From IMG/VR virus record IMGVR_UViG_3300027708_003081: DNA of 64,000 nucleotides; one strand, written 5' to 3'. The number at the start of each line of letters is the position of its first letter. Positions within the stretch are counted from its first letter, which is position 1. The translations under genes and the position numbers were made by a program. The DNA is from a virus (Duplodnaviria; Heunggongvirae; Uroviricota; Caudoviricetes). The notes beneath the pieces were generated by a model, which did not search any database, was not told the origin of the DNA, and saw only the letters and a program-made list of their open reading frames with translations. Shown here piece by piece: positions 58,460 to 64,000 of this stretch.

Positions 58460-58798
58460 ATGAAATTTATAATAACAGAATCACAATCAAAATTATTATG
58501 TGAGTCAGACCCTATGTTATGGGTTAAAAGAAGACTTAATAAAGAAACTCTTAAAGAATATATTGATGATGCGGAAATGGAATACCCAACATTATGTAGT
58601 GATTTTCATTATGAATATGAATATATGGATGCGGTTATAAATGATGCGGTAAGTTACTTTTTATCAACACACGAAGAAATGTTTGATGATTATAGATATG
58701 AAGAGATTAATGAAATAGTTACTGGTATGTGTTATGATTGGTTTGGAGATGAGCTCAAAGAAATATATAAAATGACTTGTGAGGAGTATAACAAATAA
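58460..58798 (+). CDS. MKFIITESQ-family protein
   Basis: ORF track; TATTTATA at 58448-58455. Confidence 0.8.
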   Translation: MKFIITESQSKLLCESDPMLWVKRRLNKETLKEYIDDAEMEYPTLCSDFHYEYEYMDAVINDAVSYFLSTHEEMFDDYRYEEINEIVTGMCYDWFGDELKEIYKMTCEEYNK

Positions 58799-58807
58799 TT
58801 ATATAAG

Positions 58808-60418
58808 ATGAAATTTATAATTACAGAAGAACAAAATATAAGATTACAAATTTTACGTAGACTTGATGAGATATGGGGGATAATTAGAAACTCATATCCT
58901 TTTATATACCCTTGTGATTATCACGGACTGGGTCATTTTGCTATTGCATTAAAGGCGGAATTTTCTTATATAGATTCGGAGGGATTTTTTAGGGATAATG
59001 CAAATGAAATTTGGGATGTTGTTTCCAAAATATATGCAAAGAAAATAAAAGAGCGTTATGATGAATCCAATTGTGATGGTGAACCTGTTATTGAAGAAAG
59101 TGATAGTCACGAGCAAAAAAAATGGAAAAGATTTGAGATGTTTATGAGACGCAGAGGAGAACAAATCAGAGATATAATCTCACAACATTCTCACGCTTAC
59201 CAGTATGATATTGAAAGATACGATGAGGATGTGTTAATTAGCACGATGTTTGATTTAGTTATTGGTGATTTTTGTGATATTAATAAAATAGATTATGAAG
59301 ATAAAGAATATGATTGGGTTTATTTTTATATCAAAGATAATTACACAGATTACATAAAAAAAGTGTTAGGTTTTTTAGATAAAGATACAATAACAGAAGA
59401 AGAGGGAAAGGAAAATAAGTTTAAAAAAGATAAGTGGTGCAAATATATTGAAGAGATTGTCTTGAATATGAAGATTTATAAGCTATGCGGTGTTCAAGTT
59501 AGGGCTATGGATAATACCTTTGGAGATGATGAATCTTTTAGACATTATCTTGTAATTCTTGAGACTCATACGAGAGGCACCGAATTTGAAACTAAAGTAA
59601 GATTACACATAAATGATTTTCTACCCCATCTTGATGTGATTGTTATTACACTACCTTGTGATACCAAAGTTAAAATTACGGAAGATATTGATAGAAAAAA
59701 ACAATTAAATAAGCTTTTTAGAAGGATAAATCCTAATGACTTACTTTATCATTTGGATTTAATAATATATGATGAGATAGAATGGCATTTGAGAGATAAA
59801 AATGTTATACCACTTGAAAAATTGGGTGAAACAGAGTTTGTTTATTTAGTTATAGAACACCTTTGGGAATACATTTATGATACTTTTGTTGAATCAAGTG
59901 TTACATATAGAGATGATGAAATCTTGGAAATAAAGGGTGGAATCCAATCGTTATTTGGTGATAGAATAAGAAATGTGTATCACAAGGCGATTGAAAAGAA
60001 AAGTTTAACAGAATCAAGTTCACTTTCAAAAAAACTAACTGATGTAATACAAAATAAAGGAATTGGAGATGCACTTGATATTGTTGGGGGTTATGATGAC
60101 TTGGTTAGAATAGTTGGTGAAGGTACAATAACAAGGGAAATAGAGGAAAATTTTATTAGAGATATTGTTTTAGAACACGGAGGAATATCAGTTCACGATT
60201 TGAATGAAGACCCAATTGTTTATAAGGAAAGTGATGGTGATGTTTGGGAAATTTATTATCTTGGAATTAGAAGAGTTTCCATAACTATTTGGTATGACGC
60301 AGGTTATGGAGATAGAAACGATATTAGCGTATCATACGAAAGTCTGTCCAACAAGCATATTCACGAAATATTTATTATGTTAGTTGAACATTACATAAAA
60401 GGATTTAATTTGCCGTGA
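58808..60418 (+). CDS. Five-module MKFIITE-family fusion or polyprotein
   Basis: Modules of about 100 aa separated by VIEES, ITEEE, ITEDI and LTESS. Confidence 0.8.
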   Translation: MKFIITEEQNIRLQILRRLDEIWGIIRNSYPFIYPCDYHGLGHFAIALKAEFSYIDSEGFFRDNANEIWDVVSKIYAKKIKERYDESNCDGEPVIEESDSHEQKKWKRFEMFMRRRGEQIRDIISQHSHAYQYDIERYDEDVLISTMFDLVIGDFCDINKIDYEDKEYDWVYFYIKDNYTDYIKKVLGFLDKDTITEEEGKENKFKKDKWCKYIEEIVLNMKIYKLCGVQVRAMDNTFGDDESFRHYLVILETHTRGTEFETKVRLHINDFLPHLDVIVITLPCDTKVKITEDIDRKKQLNKLFRRINPNDLLYHLDLIIYDEIEWHLRDKNVIPLEKLGETEFVYLVIEHLWEYIYDTFVESSVTYRDDEILEIKGGIQSLFGDRIRNVYHKAIEKKSLTESSSLSKKLTDVIQNKGIGDALDIVGGYDDLVRIVGEGTITREIEENFIRDIVLEHGGISVHDLNEDPIVYKESDGDVWEIYYLGIRRVSITIWYDAGYGDRNDISVSYESLSNKHIHEIFIMLVEHYIKGFNLP

Positions 60419-61017
60419 GTATAAAAAACACCATAAGAAGAATTTTAAAAGAAGAGACAGAAGGGATACAACCATTCTTAACCAGTGTCGTATCTAAATA
60501 TCCTGAAATTGAACCATATATTGATAATCTCAAATCATTTATTGAAAATTCAAATTGTAAGAAGATAGAAGTTTCCCAATTTAAACATCCTGCAATGGGA
60601 TTGGCATTACATAATGGGATTGTCTTCAATAATATAATTTTTAGGTATCCATTATCATCTTTTTTATTTGTTGTGGCTCACGAAATTGCTCACCAATATC
60701 AATATAAAAAATATGGTGATGATAAAATGTATGAATGTTATTTGGGCGAGATAAGTGTTGAAGAGGCTGCCGAAACGATGAAAGAAATAGAGATAATTGC
60801 TGATGAGTTTGCAACAAGAAAAGTGAGAGAATTTATTAAATTGGGGGTAATAGATAAAGAAGATACTCCATTTTTAAATGCGGTTTATCGTGACGTACCT
60901 ATATCACATTTTGAGGATTTAATATCTAAAACAAGAAATGATTTGAAACGAAAAAAAGCAAAGAACTTTGAAGGTATTACTAATTATTTTTATAATATGT
61001 TAAAAGTTAAACCATAA
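60415..61017 (+). CDS. IRRILKEE-leader zincin-like metallopeptidase
   Basis: FVVAHEIAHQYQ...EIIADEFA. Confidence 0.75.
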   Translation: MSIKNTIRRILKEETEGIQPFLTSVVSKYPEIEPYIDNLKSFIENSNCKKIEVSQFKHPAMGLALHNGIVFNNIIFRYPLSSFLFVVAHEIAHQYQYKKYGDDKMYECYLGEISVEEAAETMKEIEIIADEFATRKVREFIKLGVIDKEDTPFLNAVYRDVPISHFEDLISKTRNDLKRKKAKNFEGITNYFYNMLKVKP

Positions 61018-62279
61018 TGAACCTAAAACATACCATAAAAAGAATATTAAAGGAAGAGAGAGATTATACTAATCTAATCACTAAATTATTGGATACAATT
61101 ATTGTTCCACAATATGGTAATGTGTGTAAAGTTGAAGTGGTGGCTCCTTGGGACAGGGAAACAATATCAGGAGGTAAATATAATGATTATAAAGTGTCGG
61201 TATATTTTATTGGTGGATATGGTAGTAAGAACTGGCCGAGAACACAAGCGGTAATAGGGAAGGAAGAAAAAGTAATGGATGAAATTTGGCTTGTGGTATA
61301 CAATATGTTTGGAGTAAATGTTGATTTATATACAAAATATGTTGAAAAGTGCGAAGATACTGAAATGATAAAGGAAAGCGACGATAGAACCAAATCTCTT
61401 CTCAACAAAGTATTAAGAAGGGTTAATAATTTGGATAGTATTGTTGATGAAGCAATTGATTGGTGTGTTAGTCATATAAGTCATAGTGTATTGAAAAAAG
61501 CGGGAATTCAGTGGTTTGTAGATAAAGTTATTTTTAATGTTTATATTGATTATGTATCACAAGAATTTGAATATTGGGGTGAAGAAGGTGAGCTTGAAGA
61601 ACCTGAAATAAGAATAACAAAAGAAGAAGAAGAAAACATAATGAAATTTTTGGAAAGATATTACTACGACAAAATTAAAAAAAGATATATTGATGAATTT
61701 GGTGATGAAGAACAAATAACAGAAGAATCTACGGTTCCTCCATCATTAAGAAGAAGAGTTAATTTTGGTGACGACGATAGCGTATTTAACCAACTTAAAA
61801 AACAAGCACTTAGTTCATACAGATATAGTAAAGAATCAAACAATTTAGCTGGTTTGCCTAGTAGGGCTTGTCATTATACCGCATATGTTTTTATTGATGA
61901 AGTACCTGAACTATACGAAATGCCTGATGATGAAAAACAAAAGTTGGTAGATGAATTGGCAGAGTTTTTTCGTGAAAGATACGGAAAACAGCTCAAAGAA
62001 TTCATAGATAATTTTTTTGAGTTAGATAATAATATTTTAGGTGATTCTTACATATTTTGGAAGCATGCAGATAGACACGGAGGAAATGGTTTTTCAGACA
62101 AATTTGAATCTTGGAATGATTTATTAAGAAATTTCGCATCTTGGTTTCCCGATTTAGATTGGAAGGAAGTTAAGAAAAAATTAGATGGTATGGAGGGAAA
62201 ACCACTACTTATTAAAAAACCTGGTGATAAGAATAACAATATGGGATATTACTTCTCACTAATTAAAAGAAAAGTTTAA
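61017..62279 (+). CDS. Multi-module IKRILKEE-leader protein
   Basis: Internal MIKES and QITEES linkers. Confidence 0.8.
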   Translation: MNLKHTIKRILKEERDYTNLITKLLDTIIVPQYGNVCKVEVVAPWDRETISGGKYNDYKVSVYFIGGYGSKNWPRTQAVIGKEEKVMDEIWLVVYNMFGVNVDLYTKYVEKCEDTEMIKESDDRTKSLLNKVLRRVNNLDSIVDEAIDWCVSHISHSVLKKAGIQWFVDKVIFNVYIDYVSQEFEYWGEEGELEEPEIRITKEEEENIMKFLERYYYDKIKKRYIDEFGDEEQITEESTVPPSLRRRVNFGDDDSVFNQLKKQALSSYRYSKESNNLAGLPSRACHYTAYVFIDEVPELYEMPDDEKQKLVDELAEFFRERYGKQLKEFIDNFFELDNNILGDSYIFWKHADRHGGNGFSDKFESWNDLLRNFASWFPDLDWKEVKKKLDGMEGKPLLIKKPGDKNNNMGYYFSLIKRKV

Positions 62280-62746
62280 TGAATTTAAGAGAAACCATAA
62301 GAAAAGTATTAAGAGAAGACAAAGCTCATTCAGAGGAAGTTTTAGCAAAGATGATTAATAAACTCATCTTAAAGAAAAGTGATTATCCGTGGGTTGAAAA
62401 ACTTTATTCTGTTGAATTAAAAGAAGAAGAAGAGTTTCATAGAGGAATGATGCGTAACACTTGGGGTGCAAGAATACTCATAGAAATCAAACCTGAATAC
62501 TTTGCAAACTTAAGTAAGAATTGGGGAAACTATACATCAAAAGAAGATATGTTTATATATTACGGAATGGAGATTGATAAACGTTTTGTAGATAATAATT
62601 ATAAAGGACAACCATATGAACTATCAACAGAAATTGAAAATTTATCACAAAGAATAGGATTTGAACCACATTATAGTTTATTCAACATATATTATGTAGT
62701 GCCTCCAACAGAAGAAGAATTAAACAACAAACCAACTTACATATAA
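62279..62746 (+). CDS. IRKVLRE-leader protein
   Basis: ORF track. Confidence 0.75.
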   Translation: MNLRETIRKVLREDKAHSEEVLAKMINKLILKKSDYPWVEKLYSVELKEEEEFHRGMMRNTWGARILIEIKPEYFANLSKNWGNYTSKEDMFIYYGMEIDKRFVDNNYKGQPYELSTEIENLSQRIGFEPHYSLFNIYYVVPPTEEELNNKPTYI

Positions 62747-63085
62747 TTATCTAAAAACCCAATCCCATTTTTTATTACCTTTCTCTCTAATGTTTATGTT
62801 AAAATAATGTTTAACAAAATCCATAAATAAATCTTCACCAAATACATCAAAAAGAAATTCTAATCCTTGATTAACTTCCCATTTGGAATCTTCAAATCTA
62901 TCTCTATCATCAAATTCTTTAAACCAAGGCTCACCATCAGCATCTTTATATGATGTTGTTTTTTTGTGAATTTGAATCATACTTTTTTCAAGAGGAAATT
63001 CAAGTTGGGGAAGCCTTTCAAGCATAAGATTTTTCATTATTTTATATAATCTTAAATGTTGTTCTTCTGTTATAATGTATTTCAT
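62747..63085 (-). CDS. MKYIITEEQ-family protein
   Basis: ORF track. Confidence 0.8.
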   Translation of the reverse strand: MKYIITEEQHLRLYKIMKNLMLERLPQLEFPLEKSMIQIHKKTTSYKDADGEPWFKEFDDRDRFEDSKWEVNQGLEFLFDVFGEDLFMDFVKHYFNINIREKGNKKWDWVFR

Positions 63086-63381
63086 TTTCCTTTATGACTT
63101 TTTATTATGCTCTCAAGTTTATCCCTCCAATTTTTTTCCAAATATACTTCAAGAAAATCTGTTAATTTACCATAATCCTCACCATCAATATAAATGTCGT
63201 CGGCAAATCTAAAAAAATATAATTCGGCAACATCTGGTACAAGATATTTAATCATATAATCAACATCAATATTAGAAAAGTGCCATCTATCAAACATCTC
63301 AAGAGAACTTTTAATTAACTTATCAATAATAGATAATCTTCTTAAATAATGTAGTTGCGTTTCAGTTATGATGTATTTCAT
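63082..63381 (-). CDS. MKYIITETQ-family protein
   Basis: Start refined to the MKYIITETQ ATG. Confidence 0.8.
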   Translation of the reverse strand: MKYIITETQLHYLRRLSIIDKLIKSSLEMFDRWHFSNIDVDYMIKYLVPDVAELYFFRFADDIYIDGEDYGKLTDFLEVYLEKNWRDKLESIIKSHKGK

Positions 63382-63386
63382 AGTTA

Positions 63387-63671
63387 TTATTTTTGGTTTT
63401 CTCCACAATTGGAGATATAGTTATCGGCCATATAATCACTATATATATCTGTAACCATATCCCAAATTACATCTTCATCAACACCTTCAAACCAATCAAG
63501 GGTTAGTGTTTCAAACATTTCAACTTTCATTGCCATCATATATTCTGATAAAGAATCATAATCGCAAGGATAATAAAAAGGGAATAAGTTTTTAATCAAA
63601 TCTTTAAGTTCAGGTAATCTTCTTCTTACCATTAATCTATCTCTTTGTGTTTCAGTTATAATGTATTTCAT
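63387..63671 (-). CDS. MKYIITETQ-family protein, homologous to module 1 of 58808-60418
   Basis: RRL..L...I.N..PF.YPCDY is shared. Confidence 0.8.
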   Translation of the reverse strand: MKYIITETQRDRLMVRRRLPELKDLIKNLFPFYYPCDYDSLSEYMMAMKVEMFETLTLDWFEGVDEDVIWDMVTDIYSDYMADNYISNCGENQK

Positions 63672-63672
63672 A

Positions 63673-63999
63673 TTAACAATTTTTATTTGCTCTAATGCTA
63701 TGTCCCACATAAAATTTCATAGGGGAAAACATTTCTTCCAATTCTTGTTTTATTTCCACAATTGTTCCCACAACTTTTTTTACAATACTCATCTCACCTC
63801 CAGTATTAGCGGTTTCTGCATACCACTCGGCGGAAAAGAAAACGTGAACATACATCTTATCTTCATCTTCATCATCCATCACCTCAATCTTACAAACACC
63901 AGGATATTTCATAGATATAACATATTTTCTAACTAATTTCTTATATCTATCAAACTGCGATTCAGTTATAATATCCTCATCATCATCATCATCATCTTC
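63673..63999 (-). CDS. Partial multi-module protein (5' end beyond the window); the last module begins at an internal DIITESQ
   Basis: The frame is open from 63999: EDDDDDDEDIITESQFDRYKKLVRKYVISMKYPGVCKIEV... Confidence 0.75.
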   Translation of the reverse strand, partial: EDDDDDDEDIITESQFDRYKKLVRKYVISMKYPGVCKIEVMDDEDEDKMYVHVFFSAEWYAETANTGGEMSIVKKVVGTIVEIKQELEEMFSPMKFYVGHSIRANKNC

Positions 64000-64000
64000 A

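Noticed and set aside
1-64000. Stop-codon reassignment, as seen in some large phages
   Set aside because: Long genes are intact and tightly packed under the standard bacterial code, and no suppressor tRNA was seen.

Overview
This window looks like part of a large, AT-rich bacteriophage genome, probably a jumbo phage, with a Bacteroidota host. Host evidence: many TTTG-N19-20-TAnnTTTG promoters, a T9SS cargo gene and Bacteroidota-type outer-membrane proteins. Phage evidence: DUF3310, free-standing homing endonucleases, an RNA ligase and a lone tRNA; no core bacterial operon is present. Main blocks: (i) 122-1534, four tandem paralogues whose 3' ends carry 36-nt repeats with 29-30-nt variable spacers, plus a fifth paralogue at 49628-50431 with nine such units in frame. 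No cas gene is in the window. (ii) 12.1-13.6 kb, an rRNA-operon-like non-coding locus with triplicated promoters, boxA-like motifs, tRNA-Met and a roughly 0.85-kb hairpin-rich RNA (GOLLD/ROOL-like candidate). (iii) 8.9-12.0 kb, host-surface genes. (iv) 23.7-48.2 kb, six giant Thr/Pro-repeat, PKD, LRR and Cys-module proteins next to a glycosyltransferase. (v) 50.8-58 kb, RNA and DNA repair genes. (vi) A large MK(F/Y)IITExQ family, some members fused into apparent polyproteins. Family calls are from motif recognition only; no searches were run.
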